This document shows, in pieces, positions 14,370-28,544 of a DNA stretch of 64,000 bases. Position 1 is the first letter of the stretch. Every line of letters starts with the position of its first letter. The notes beneath the pieces are model-generated. The model saw only the letters and a list, made by a program, of their open reading frames with translations, had not been told where the DNA came from and did no database searches. A program made the translations under genes and the position numbers. Source of the stretch: the human T2T-CHM13v2.0 reference genome, Homo sapiens; assembly GCF_009914755.1 (NCBI RefSeq), contig NC_060926.1. One strand, given 5' to 3'.

Positions 14370-14818
14370 TTGGGTAGTGAACTCTCTCTGTGCTCTCCCC
14401 AGACCCCTTCTTATCAACTTTACCAGCCATGTGCATGCATCCTGTAGCTTCTCTGTGCTTTCTTCCAAATGGTCTGCCCCTGTGACCTTCTTCAGAGGCT
14501 GACCTTGGGCCAGTCCAGCCCTCCCAGAGAGAGCCTGGAATGCCTGGTAGTGTAGATCTGTCTAGGGAAGCCTATAGCCAATGACTGTGCAAGATTCTGA
14601 AAGCCTAACTCCCTTTCCTCAAAATGGGGCAAATTCTGACATAATTTATGGTCTAGAGCTCCCCAAAAGGTCTGGCTGAGGCCAGGGAGTTGGCTAAAAT
14701 TGTGCCTTTCTCTGTTCTTCATTTCCTTTTCTCTTGCATTCTTCTCCTGGCCCTTAATAAATACCTTGTTCATGATCTGTGTCTCAGAGTCGGCTACTGG
14801 AAGTCCAGCCTAAGGTAT
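14370..14818 (+). mobile_element. ERVL LTR (LTR16-like), 5' LTR of a proviral remnant
   Basis: 'cttaataaatac...gtctcagagtcggctactggaagtccagcctaaggta' is an LTR16-type 3' end. Confidence 0.75.
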
Positions 14819-14998
14819 TTGGTCAGGAGGGCACAGATGATTTTTGGAGGCAGATTCTGAGGATGGGATTCTAGAATTAAGTCACCAGCTAAGTGGCAAT
14901 AAATACCCCATCACAGTGGGTATATGGAGCCCAGAGGTGCCCTGACACACTAGAGCATTGCAGTTGCTAAAACTTTCACCTGGAGCAAATTAAGATAA

Positions 14999-15410
14999 TG
15001 TTACGGGTTGAATTATGTAACCTCAAAAGATGTTGAATTTCACCCCCAGTACTTGGGAATGTGATATTACTGGGAAATAATATATTTGCAGATAATCAAG
15101 TTAAAATGATATCATTAGGGTGGGCCATAATTCAATATCACTGTTGCCCTCACACAAAAGTGAAATTTGAACACGGAGACATACGTGCTTAGAAGAAAGA
15201 TGGTGAGAAGACACAGGGCATCAACAAGAACAATTTGAGGCCAACGGGGAGGTCATGGAACAGATTCTTCCCTATGGTTCTCAGAACCAACCTTGCCGAT
15301 ACCTTGATTTTGGACTTCTAGTCTCCAAAACTGTGAGGCAATAAATTCCTCATGTTCTATGCCACCCAATTTATTGTATTTTGTTTTAGAAGCTCTAGGA
15401 AACTAATACA
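14999..15410 (+). mobile_element. MaLR LTR, MLT1B-like
   Basis: 'tgttacgggttgaattatg'...'accttgattttggacttctag'...'ggaaactaataca'. Confidence 0.9.
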
Positions 15411-15598
15411 GATGGGATTCTGACAGAAGGGGTATGCTAGATTGTGCAATTTTCTTTGGCTTTTGAAGGTACAAGGTAAATGGTCATTACAAAGGCTGTG
15501 GATGGGTCCCATGATAAACGGAAAGGAGAAAAGGGCAGACTTCAGTTGGTCAGCATAAGGCAAAGTGAGAAAGTCAGAAAATCCCTTGGCAGCTCTTA

Positions 15599-15991
<393 letters not shown>

Positions 15992-16339
15992 TTACGTCCT
16001 CAGCAATCCCATGCAACAACCAGGACCTTGGTAAGGAAGAAATGGCATCTTGAGACTTGGAATCAGAAAATGTGAATAGATGCCACTGAGAAATGTGAAC
16101 CTGCAGCTGTCCCTGCATCCTCTGGGCCTGCAGAATGGGCCCACGTCTTCTTTCTAGATGGCAGAGTTCTCTTGCTTGAAGATTGTAAGCAAGTATACAA
16201 ATGTAAGCAGAGAAGCCTAACAAGAGATTAATTTTGTGGTTTATATCCTTTATTAGGCCTTAAGTCCAAAATGTTTATTCGACCTTACAGTTCTGTCTTT
16301 GAGAGAAAAGAGAGATATGTTAAAGTTCTCACTTCACGA

Positions 16340-16440
16340 GATTTGTAACCATAGGCAAGCTACTTAATGGATTTGAGTCTCAATTTTCTTATCTGACAAA
16401 AAGTGGTTAATGACACCATAATGTATGCAATGTAAAACGA
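16340..16440 (+). mobile_element. MIR fragment
   Basis: 'gtaaccataggcaagctacttaat...gagtctcaattttcttatctg'. Confidence 0.6.
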
Positions 16441-17179
16441 CTTCTCCAAGAGGGTGCTTGGCAATTATAATCTATTAAATTTTTCCTAACTTCAAAAGTC
16501 CCTGATTCTAATAATGGATAAGATGTCTACCACCTAGTAAAGAGCCCTGCTGAAAGGTAGCCAGGCCGGGGATATGGAGGGAAGCTTTCCTTTTTATCTT
16601 TTTCTTTTTATCCATTGAGAGGGAGATGAAGTCAACAGCTGTTGAAACAAACAAGCTCACTTAGTGAGTTGAATAATATCAGACTATTGCTCAAATGAAA
16701 AGAGCAGCTGGCTTTTTACCAAGGCATCATTGTCAAACACACCCTCACGTTTGGGATCATTAGAAATTTACATGGGGTGAATAGCCTTGGAAAACTATAT
16801 TTACTTTTTCATAAATCATCAGAAAAATGCTAGCATACTCTCAGTGAGATAAGAGATGAAAAAAGAAACACACACACACAGTAGCAGCAGTGGCAGCAGA
16901 TGTGTATTTTTCATGTGAATGTGAAGAAAACTGCTGGAAATAAATTTAAGCTTTCCTGAGACAAAGAAGTGGCAGGCATTCAAAGGAAGATAGATGCTTG
17001 AAGGAAAATGGAGAAGTGAAGCAGAGAAAAATGTGATCTATTTAAAAGCGTAAATTAGTTCTAATGTTTTAGATAGAACTAATTATTCCTAGGCCTGCTA
17101 AGAAGTACAATCTCGGGATGTTAGCATTTCAGACCTAAGAGTACCTAAGTGTTTGCCTTCCAATTGTATTAAGTTTACC

Positions 17180-17690
17180 TTTGCCTGATTGTAAAAATGC
17201 AGTACAGAATGTACATAAGATATAAATAACAAGAAAAATTCATCACCTCACAATCTAGTGAAAATTAAATGACAGTTATAACAGTGTAATAATTCCTTTT
17301 TGTATTTTCTATACATTTTGATACAGTGGATATCAAATAGTAGATAAAGTTTTGAACCCTGGCTTTGTTATTTGATATTATCTTATATTTTTCAGTGTCA
17401 TACCCAAACACTTCATAGACATTATTTTTAATGACTGCACAATGTTCCCTGGCATGATTGTTCATAGTCACTATATTCCCTAAAAATGGAAATTTTGTTT
17501 TAAGTGTACAGTATTATAAGTATAAAGTTATGCAGTAACCAAAATTTAATTTACTTTTTTAGGTTATAAAACTAATACATGTTATGGAAAATATGGAGAA
17601 TAAAGAAAATTACAGTAAATCAAAAACAAGTTTATCTCCATTTCTTTCCTTCCTAGGTTAATCACTTGTAACACTTTAGTTTATTTTTTC
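17180..17690 (-). mobile_element. Degraded L1ME-type 3' fragments
   Basis: 'cattatttttaatgactgcacaatgttcc', 'ataaaactaatacatg...gaaaatatggag'. Confidence 0.5.
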
Positions 17691-18215
17691 CAGGTTCCAG
17701 AAGTCTTTCTGCCATCTTTGGCTCTTTGCAGATCTGTCTTTCCTATGCTTCATTGCTTCAGTTCTCCTAGACAAAACTGCATCTGAAATTCAATAAATTT
17801 CTATAATTATATTTCAGGCTTTGCATAAAACCTGTAAAGGATATACTTTATGGCACTGTGTTCCAAATTTATACATAAAACAGATTTCTGCCATTGCATT
17901 CCAAATTCAGACATAAAACAGATTTCCAACTTCTTTCACCTGTTGGGCTGGTCCCATGCCACTTACTCAATGTGCAGTACTTACTTCTTTGGGCCTCAGT
18001 AACCTGTGAGTAGAAATGGGATCATTGTAATAAATCTACTTGCATCAATTTATGTTCCTTGTCTTATAACAACCATTTCCCCACAACCTTACTTAAATAT
18101 TTCTGAGGGGTAACTAAAGAATATTGGATTGCTGTTGGTTTGAGATGAAATCTGTGCAGAGTCTGTGCTACGAAGGTCTCTGCCTATGTTTTGGTTACTG
18201 AAGTTACCTTATTTT

Positions 18216-18330
18216 GGCAGGGTGCGGTGGCTCATGCTTGTAATCCCAGCCCTCTGGGAGGCGGAGGTGGGAGAACTGCTTGAGCCCAAGAGTTTGGGTA
18301 AAAAAGCGAGATCCCATCTCTACTAAAAAC
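18216..18330 (+). mobile_element. FLAM / Alu left monomer
   Basis: 'ggcagggtgcggtggctcatgcttgtaatcccagc...gcttgagcccaagagttt...cccatctctactaaaa'. Confidence 0.9.
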
Positions 18331-18376
18331 TTTTTAATTTTAAAAATTTTCTTGTAAAGCTCTTTGTGCATATTTT

Positions 18377-19112
18377 GTCTTGTGTCATGTTCTCCTCAAG
18401 CAGCCCCTGAGATGAGGAGTCATGTGGGAGTAATTTATTAAGAAGGCGATCTCAAAGGAAGATAGGGAAGGAGAAGGGAAAGTAGGATATGGAAGAGAGA
18501 GAAGCCAAGAAAGTGATTTTTTCAAAGTCCAGCTGCAGCCTCATCCAACTTGAGGCCAGGGAGTCAGACTTTCAGACACTTGGACCAGTCAGTCACTGCC
18601 TAAGAACTGTACAGAGGGTTAAAACGCCCCATTCTCTCAGCTCCGTGCAGAGATCCTTAAAGACAGTCCCAGTTGTGGCTGGGTGCAGTGGCTCACTCCT
18701 GTAATCCCAGCAATTCGGGAGGCCAAGGCAGGTGGATCAAGAGGTCAGGAGTTCAAGACCAACCTGGCCAATAGAGGGAAACCCCATCTCTTCTAAAAAT
18801 ACAAACATTAGCCGAGTTTGGTGGCAGGTGCCTGTAATCCCAGCTACTCAGGAGGCTGAAACAGGAGGATCGTTTGAACTCAGGAGGCGGAGGTTACAGT
18901 GAGCTGAGATCTCGCCACTGCACTCCAGCCTGTGTGACAGAGCTAAACTCAGTCTCAAAAAAAAAAGAAAAAAAAGAAGACAGTCTCAGTTTCAGGCCTT
19001 CGGAAGCCTTTGGAAGCAAAGCACAAAGCAGCTGGAAGAGGCTTACAGAAAGAGCAAAAGGAATGCAGAGGAATGCAGGATGTCTGTGTGTGGTGTCAAC
19101 AGTGCCCACTAT
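18377..19112 (-). mobile_element. ERVL LTR (LTR16-like), interrupted by an Alu
   Basis: 'tgtcttg...aagcagcccctgagatgaggagtcatgtgggagtaatttatt' is the antisense LTR16 3' end; resumes after the Alu. Confidence 0.65.
18677..18977 (+). mobile_element. AluSg-like
   Basis: Full dimer; 15-bp TSD aagacagtc(c/t)cagtt. Confidence 0.96.
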
Positions 19113-19460
19113 TACTGTGAATGAATATCTATGTCCCTCCAAAATTCGTATATTGAAGCCTAACCCCCAAGTTGTTGATATTTGGAGGTGGGGCCTTGGG
19201 GAGGTGACTAGGTCATGAGCGTGGAGCCCTCATAGGTGTGATTCCTGCCCTTATAAGAAAAGATGATCTCTCTCTCCACCATCTAAGGATATAAGAAGAT
19301 AGCTGTCTGCAAACCAGGAGGTGGGTCTTCACCAATCACAGAGTCTGCTGACAACCTGACCCTGGACTTCCTAGTCTCCAGAACTCCAGAAATCAATCTC
19401 TGTTGTTTAAATCACTCAGTCTATGGTATCTTGTTATAGCAGCCCAAACTGACTAAGACA
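19113..19460 (+). mobile_element. MaLR LTR, MLT1A0-like
   Basis: 'gtccctccaaaattcgtatattgaagcctaacccc'...'gttatagcagcccaaactgactaagaca'. Confidence 0.9.
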
Positions 19461-19840
19461 ATCATACACGTCAAAATCCTTTCTAATCTGTGGATCTGGG
19501 CTTTGCGACTTTGCATGTCTCACAGCCAGCAGAGGATTCTATTATTAATGGTAATCCATGTTGAATTTAATACTATAAGAATTTTTCATAAAATCAATTT
19601 GTTTTTAACCATTTGACTATCAAATTAGTTGTGATTTGAAATCCAAGACAATTAAATCTTTGTAAAATTTTGGTCTTTTTGTAAGATGACTTTAACTACA
19701 GAGAAAATGTAAAATTTTAGAAAGTGTAAGACATGTAGTTAGCACTGAGATTAGTATGTAAGGACTAATGTCATCTATGTGTAAGGTAATCATCAGTGTT
19801 ACATTTCATTAGAAAGATGGCTTTTAAAAAACAACAAGCA

Positions 19841-20100
<260 letters not shown>

Positions 20101-20492
20101 ACCCAACTAGCCAGCTTCACAATAGAGGCAGTTCTATAATTTGTTGGGATTTTTGAATGGCAGTGAGCTACATATCTTTTCTTTCATGTTATAACATATA
20201 TAAAGCAAACTATGTCTTTGTATATTGGCTAACTCAGCAGGACAGTCTGTGGGAGATTATACTGATCTTTAATACACAGTGTACTCATATTGGATATTGA
20301 TGCATAATTTGGGTCTAATTTCTTCTCATATCTAAATACCTGTAAACATTTAGAATGGGTTAAATGTACAGGCTCAGAATGACTTTAATAGGCCCTTTTA
20401 AATTTATATTTACATATTTAAATAAGTGCTGATAGCATTGTCGTTTATAATACTAGGTTTCTTGCTGACCTTTCAGAATTTTCCTTAGACCC

Positions 20493-21026
20493 TGAGACAG
20501 GCCGACTGGTTGGTTCCCTATCTTAAGATTGAAGGAAAAGGATAAAAGCCCCTCAACTCAAGCTCTAGCTTATCTAACTCTCAGCCAATCAGCAATAAAA
20601 GACCCAGGAAGCTATTAACTGCAAATTCCTATTTCAGGGGCCTAGAGACTTTCCCAGAGTCCCACATGCAGAGTCAGACTTAAACTCCAACCTAAAGTTA
20701 CATTTTCCTCATTTTAACACTAAAGTTCATGCCCAGAGGTGGAGATTTAAAATGGTAACGCTACATGCAATGTATGAAGAAACATGTTGAGCCATTATGC
20801 AGGTGCTAGCAAAACTCCCCCTATACATTCCCTGATGTAACCCTTCCCTATTGAAAGACCCTATACCTAACCGAACCACACAGTATCTTCAGGGAACAGC
20901 CCACTCCTTTTTCCTCTCTCATGTCTGGCTCCCTGAGAGGTAATAAACTCTCCTTCATTACTGCATCTGGTGATCTCTCCTGATTTCTATCCTGGGAGAT
21001 CACAAGATCCCACGGCACTGGTTACA
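20493..21026 (+). mobile_element. Solo ERV LTR, family unresolved
   Basis: TG...CA termini ('tgagacagg'...'ctggttaca'); CCAAT box 'gccaatcag'; AATAAA at 20942-20947; U5-like 'ttctatcctgggagatcacaaga'. Confidence 0.7.
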
Positions 21027-21063
21027 AGCTTATCACAGATTCTTTGAATTTTTTCAGTGGTTC

Positions 21064-21892
21064 TGAAACAGGAGAGTTCCCTTGACCCCTTTGCTGGACT
21101 TGTGACATCGGTGGCTTGTTTACTTGATTACCATGCTGAATCCCTTATGGAAGGAAGCACATGAATGGATGAGTGTGGGAACCAGAGCAAATGAATGCTG
21201 GAACTGGCCTGTTGCTCCTCTCCAGCAGGAGCAAGCTTTGTGTGGGTTCTGCAGCAGTGTCAAAGTGTGTTACAATGGTCTTTTACCTCTGCTGTCTGGG
21301 AGGGGCTGTCTGCGACCCCCAGAGCCCCAGAGGGCATGTGTTACAACCAGTGCTCCTTTAACATTTGCTATCTGTGGATGGCTAAGTGTTAACCAGCTCA
21401 GTGGAGGGTCGGGGTGACAGCCCTTTACACTTTGCTCTCTTGGTACCTGAGTCCAGGTACCAGGAAGAATCAGATCACATGAACAAATTGAAGGCGATGA
21501 ATGTGGAGGACTTTATTGAGTGGTAAAAGTGGCCCTCAGTGGGAAGGGGAGCTGGAATGGGGGTGGAGCGGGAAGATAATCTTCCCCTGGAGCCCGCTGT
21601 GTCTGGCTGGACTCTTCTGTGACCATAGTCCCCAACCTCCAGCTGCTTCTTCTCATTTCAACATCCAGACACTTCTCTCTTCTGTGTGTCTGTCCACTCA
21701 GTCTGGGTCTTGGGGTTTTTATAGGCACAGGATAGGGAGTGAGGTGGGGTGGGGGTGGGCCAAAAGGCAATATTCAGGCAGGAAAACAGGGATCATTCTC
21801 ACTTTGGGCTGTGGGTCCATGCTTGGGGGTGGAGCCCTTGCCAAAGACCCTGCCGTCTTCTACCAGTAGTTGCCTGCCTTCTGTCCATATCA
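21064..21892 (-). mobile_element. ERV1 solo LTR of the LTR27/LTR28/MER52 group
   Basis: Termini 'tgaaacaggagagttccc'...'ctgtccatatca'; perfect 4-bp TSD gttc, the ERV1-type length. Confidence 0.85.
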
Positions 21893-23073
21893 GTTCAAGA
21901 CAGTTTGTGCAATTTGGAAACAGCCAAATCTAAACAGTGTAAAATCTGGATAGTCAGGCAGAATAAGGTTGAAAAAAAATACATAGTTATATAGAATAAA
22001 GCTGAAAAAATTAGCTGAGTAATACTCTGTGTGTGCACCTACATGCACATGTAACAAGGTAATAAGTTCTATTTTCTTAGATGTCTCAGTGTATCTTGAA
22101 CATATGACAAATAGTTAATGTTTTCTGGGTGACTACACTGAAGCCTACCACTCACTTGGGACACAGATGTCATTTTTTGGTGTGTGATTATACTTGCTAT
22201 CTTATGGTCACAACTTTTAAATGCTACATAGAAGCATTAATATTTTTATTTTTCCTTTTACATCCTTCACTGAAATCAACCCAGTCTGCTCAACAGTTCA
22301 CCAAGGATCTTGCTATCTCCAATTTCAGGATATGTTTTTCATCACCAATACCCAGGTTAATGCACACTCCTCAACCGTTTGTCACTCCCTGCCCAGCATT
22401 GCTTTTGAGATTGAACTCTGGACGGCCCTTCCATGTTCTCTTTTCTGTAAAAAGGAGGCTTTTCATTTCTGGCAGCACTTGCCTAGGAGACAGCAAAGTT
22501 AAATGTTGTGTGTCATCACAATCAGTCTTAACTAGCTAAAACTAATGAAACGCTAGGAATTTTGAGTAACCCACTTACCCTCACTGGACCCTTTCTGCAT
22601 CTAACTGAAGATATTCGTGATCAAGAAGCAAGAGACTGTTTCAGCTCTCATGTACAGATCTCATCCTTGTATGAAAGCTAGTTCTCAGTGCTTAATTAGC
22701 ACCAGCAGCGTGGCCCTACATTTCGTAGCATTTAAAACCTTGAGTTTTGTCCTTAAGTCCACATATGCAGTTGTTCCCTAATAAGCTCAGCTCAGCTCCA
22801 GGCCACCCCCAGCTCTGTGGCCCATGGTTTTTCTATTATTGTTTGTCATCTCTAATTAGCCTCTTCTGCCTCACCACTACTTAATTATTTATCCTTCTCA
22901 GAACTTCTGGAATGTATTGTACTATATTTTACTTTTAAAATATGTTGCCAGTGTTCTTAGTTTGTCATTTACATGAATTTTTCTATGACAAAGTACATCC
23001 CTAATACAAAGCCTTAAGCAATCTCATTAAGGGCAGATTACTGATATCTAATTTCTTTTCCCATTCCTAGAAG

Positions 23074-23246
23074 CAGTGGTCTTCAAAGTGTGGCCTCCAG
23101 ACAGCAATATCAATATCATCTGGGAATTTGCTAGAAATGTAGATTCTCAAGCCCCAGCTCAAACTCAATGAATCAGAGACTCGGAGTGTGGGGCCCAGCA
23201 GTCCTTCAGGTGTTTCTAACCACATATTAAAATTTGACAATCATTT
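23074..23246. mobile_element. MER5A (hAT-Charlie MITE)
   Basis: 'cagtggtcttcaaagtgtgg...ctgggaatttgctagaaatgtagattctc...gaatcagagactc'. Confidence 0.85.
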
Positions 23247-23953
23247 ACTGAGGATATTGCCCCTGGTAGTGTCTTAATAAATGCCTGTTAGGTTGACTCT
23301 GATAATCCTTTCTCTCAAGCTATCTTAAAAAGAAGGGAATCCAAAAATTCCAGAAAGAAATGAGGAAAAAAGTTACAAAGAATGAAGTAGGGAGTTTAGG
23401 TTTATGAGCAATTAGAGGGAACTGAGTCTTCACAAAGAAACACAGTATCCTGATTTCCTATCTCATGCTTGATTTTCCTACATTGTCTCACCCCAGCTGC
23501 ATGATTCCATGTATCTCGCTAACCCTCCTGGTTGCCTTCTGTAAGGTTACACGTGGATTCTGAGAAAATTCTTTTTCAACTTTCTATCCCTTATTCCCAT
23601 TTCAGTCTATGTCTTCACAGAAAATTATCACTGCAAAGCTGAGCAGTTTCTGGAGAAACTTGGCTCATTCACTGAACTCTTCAGCAAGGGTTGGTTCCCT
23701 TTGCACATCTTCACTAAACTTGGAGCTTTTTGATGACTCTCATTTTCTATTACCACCATAATCTTTAGATGTCCAGGTTGCTTGGGGCAAAGATGGAAGT
23801 TGGAAGTAAGGAAAAACATGGAGTTGGAATTGGATGATGAATGCTGAAGCAAAAGAGGACTCAACGTCTCTATGGTTTTGCTTTTTGCTGGGCCTTTCTA
23901 AATCTTGTGAGCACCTGATAAATGTCCATTTGATTATGTTGAGCTCTTTGGAG

Positions 23954-24093
23954 CAGTGGCTCTCAACCCTGATTAGGATGTCAGAATCCTTTGGAAGAAT
24001 TTTTTTTTAATCTATGGGCATGGAACCCAGCCATCAGGATTTTTTAAAATTTCCCAGATGGTTTCTATGAGTAGCTAAGGTTGAGAACCATGG
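23954..24093. mobile_element. MER5-family MITE
   Basis: TIRs 'cagtggctctcaacc' / 'ggttgagaaccatgg'; 8-bp TSD-like ctttggag/ttttggat. Confidence 0.75.
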
Positions 24094-24686
24094 TTTTGGA
24101 TTTCCCAATTGAAGATTGTAAACCGTGACATCACTTTGCCTATTTTTCTGAATATTCCTCTTTCTACAGTCAGCTTTCAATAGTGAGACTACAACTGGAT
24201 CAAAAAATTACACAAGAAAAGGGAAAACAAGCCATCCTTCAGCAACTCCAGGAAAAAATCAAGGTCCATACAATGATGGGGTAGTAAATGCTAATACCAT
24301 CTATCTCCTTCCCTTGTATTTATCCCTGTTTTTTTCCCGTCTTTCCCCTCTGGCTTCCTATTCTCCCTTTGTGGCAAGATATCCACTATTCTTGAAGAAA
24401 GCTAACCAGCAAACCTGCTAATATTCAAGCTTCAGTGACCCAAAAGGTAACTAAACTTTGATGAACATTTGCATTTCCAAAGAAATTATCTGAAGACAAA
24501 AATGTCTAATTCAATGGGCTGAAATGCAAATTGTTATATTTCCAGGCTAGAAAGGTATCTAACCCAAGGAACTTCCTTATCATGCTCTGGGAGACAGTGT
24601 GCTGCCTCATGGAAGGACATAGATGTCTGAGTCAGCATTGAAAAAAAAAAGGTATTGAAACATTGGCTTGGGACTGAGAAATGATA

Positions 24687-24766
24687 TTAGTTTTGTGCAA
24701 AAGTAATTGCGGTTTTTGCCCTTGAAAGTGATGGTTAAAACCGCAATGACTTTTGCACCAACCTAT
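24687..24766. mobile_element. MADE1 (Hsmar1-derived 80-bp MITE), inside a MIR remnant
   Basis: Palindromic 'gtgcaaaagtaattgcggtttttgcc...aaaaccgcaatgacttttgcaccaacc'. Confidence 0.95.
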
Positions 24767-27236
24767 GGATCAGTAATTGATGCACAAAGACATGACATAT
24801 GAGAATACCAAGTGGACTGCTTGGCACATAGCAGACATTCAACAGATGCTTTCACTGACAACTTTTGCTTTCCTCCTCAATCACTCACTTTTTAGAATCC
24901 TTGAAAACATTTTACAAATTTTTCAAATATTCAGGAAACATAAAATAACATCAGATTTAGAGAAGAATTATTGACTGTAGCCAATTTTTGGACCTATACA
25001 TTTTTTAAATTATGTGATGGGAATCTCTTCATGTTTTAGAGCAACATGGTTGCATATCCATTATACACCTTGCTAAATCATCCTTTCTATCTCTGAGGCA
25101 ATAAAATTCATTATCCTGGTTAGTTTGAGGATATACTTAACCCATAAACACCAACAGCAAGTATAGATTCAGACATTTGTATCTATAACTTAGATAATTT
25201 AAAATGCAATATTAAATAATCCAAAAATTTTTCAAAGCTCAGTACCTTTTCACACATTAGTACTTTAATTATCAACTTTAAAGAGAAAGTGAGTAGAAAA
25301 GGGTTAGTAAGTAGAAAAGAGTAAAAGAGGCCTTTCTTTCACAATTTGCCAAGACATGCATCACTTATTTAAAATCAAACAAAATGCTGTCTGAAAAACA
25401 AGAAGGATGGCAAAAGTGAAGTTCCTTCATGCAAGGTACCTCTGACTACTCTCTGCAGACAGATACTATGGCATGGTGATAGAATTATTGCAGGAAAAAT
25501 TTGTCCACTGAGGCCACTTCCTCCAGAGGTAAGGTTCAACTTATGATCACTTGCTATAGGTCAACAGCTCAAGACGAGGTGTGTGGCTGGCAATTTAAGT
25601 GTAAAATTAGATTTCCAGTATAATCAGTCATCTGATAGCACATCCAAATGTATTCTGCATTTGCACATTTAATTAATTATGTCTTAATTGAAAACATTTT
25701 GCTCGTAATGATTGGTTCTAATTTTATTCCAAATTAAATTAGTAGGGGAGAAATTTAGTCTGGGAATTTATTTATTTTTATATATTAAAGAAAAAATAAA
25801 AATAATGGATTTTCTCTTTTATTCTTAAAAGGAAATGTCTTTCTGCCCATTTAGAGGTGCAAAGGAAAACATTTAAAACATTTCAGATAAATTGCATTTC
25901 ATCTGAATGAATCTCCATTTGGAGATGGAGAGAACATTCTTTTGTATTGTTGTAGATATGCCTATTATGATATTGGTATAATTACTTTTTCAGCTACAAC
26001 TCAGATTTCCTGGGTCAGTGCAAAAGACCTTGTTTATTTAGAAGAAGTGATTTTCTGAGAAAATGGCTCATTAGTCTTAGATTTCTGGACTACACAGTCT
26101 GGTCTACAAATTAAAATAGCTATTTAAATTCCCTTTATGAAAATTGTGCCTGATAGGGCACTTCCATTTGCAATGAGTTTCGTATTTGTACATCTAGAGC
26201 GGGCAAGAAATCAGAGAAGGTGGGTTTTGTGTCTTTAGATATGCTACAGTTGATAAATCCTAAGATTCAGATATTAACTATTGGATAAGCTCTTGAATTT
26301 CCCATAACTTCAGCTTTGAAGCCATTCATTACCTTAATACTAAGGAAAGAATGTCAGAAAATCCAAAGAGAGAGAATTCTCAGTTATGATTTTTGGACAT
26401 ATAATTGGAAAGAAGTCAGATTTGGCTTTTACAATTAATGCCATATAATGTCACACAAAGTATTTCCTGCAGTGTGCTCAAAGAGGTCAATTTGTGATTT
26501 ATTTGCCAGTTATAGACCTGAAATTACTGACTTGTGTGTGTAACAATTTAGCTTTAACTTGGGCATTTAATTTAGCATTAAGTATAGCTCCTCTTCAATA
26601 CTCATCCTTGCCCTGAACAAGATGTCATTTCATAAACCCAATTAAAAATGGTATTTACTGTGGTTTAAATACCAAGGCAGATTAAATGTATTGTCCAGTT
26701 TCACAGATCAGCAATGCTTCTCTTCCCATATCACTAGCTCATGATAGTAACATAAGAGACCAATCTGTGCCAGTGGATAGGCCAGAATTAAAAGAGGATA
26801 AATATTGCTGTCCTGCCTGAAATAAAACTGGGCACCGAAGGTGTCAGAGAGTTATATACTGTGAAATGAATGTCCCATATATATAAATTTCAGCCTTTTT
26901 AAAATAAGGTAGAATTGTTTCTGAAAGATTAAAAACTCTCTTTCCAAATCATTGAATTAAAATATTTAGTCAATAAATAAATCACTGCTATTTTCATCAA
27001 TATTGGAGTTGTTTCTTCAAGTTTGTGAATTTTCTCAATTAGAAAAAGAGTCTAATTTGTTTAAATAGTGAGAAGTCAACATTGAACTGTTGTCTACTCA
27101 GTAGCCACAATTCCTTATTTCTTGTTTACAATGATCATAGATTTTTTATGTTTGTATTGTTGCAACAAGTTCACAGAATATGGATTCCTCTCCCAATCTG
27201 AGAGGATGAGCCATAATTGTTCTAGGCCATGAATAT

Positions 27237-27981
<745 letters not shown>

Positions 27982-28544
27982 AACGTTAATGTAATTCCCT
28001 TTGCTTGTGATTGATTTAGAGATGAACATTTGTTCTGTTTCCAGCTAATAGAATGTATTTAGGAAGAATGCCAAAGCAGGGAGCTTATTAGTAGGATTTT
28101 GACCTCTAATGAAAATGATGGCCATATATATGAAATTTTTTCTTTCTTTGGTTTTATTGTTTAAAGACATAATTATTTAAGTTGTGTTAGTTGTGTGTGA
28201 TCTTATAACTGTGAGGAATTACATAGAATGAAAATGGAATGTGCTGTGATGGCGGAACAGAAAGAAGTTGGGTGATTGAAATTGTTGAGCTGCTGCAGGA
28301 AATCTGGTAGTCTCCATTTCCAGAGGTCTTGTATTGTAGAAAAATTGAATAACTTTATTGCTTAAGTCACTATAAGAATGTCTTCTGTTACTTGCAACAC
28401 AATGCACCCAACTAATAAAGTATGTTTCTAGAAATACACTTGCCTTCACTCTTTTTAAGACACACAGACCACATACACACAGATATTGTTAATGGTCTCA
28501 TACTACATATATTGTACTATTTTTTAACTTAAAAAGATAATATG

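Noticed and set aside
21441-21462. Perfect 9-bp hairpin tggtacctg-agtc-caggtacca
   Set aside because: It is short, lies inside an LTR and has no supporting context; probably chance or local mutation.
21124-21994. Cluster of overlapping ORFs
   Set aside because: They lie within or start in a GC-richer LTR, with no recognisable protein motifs.
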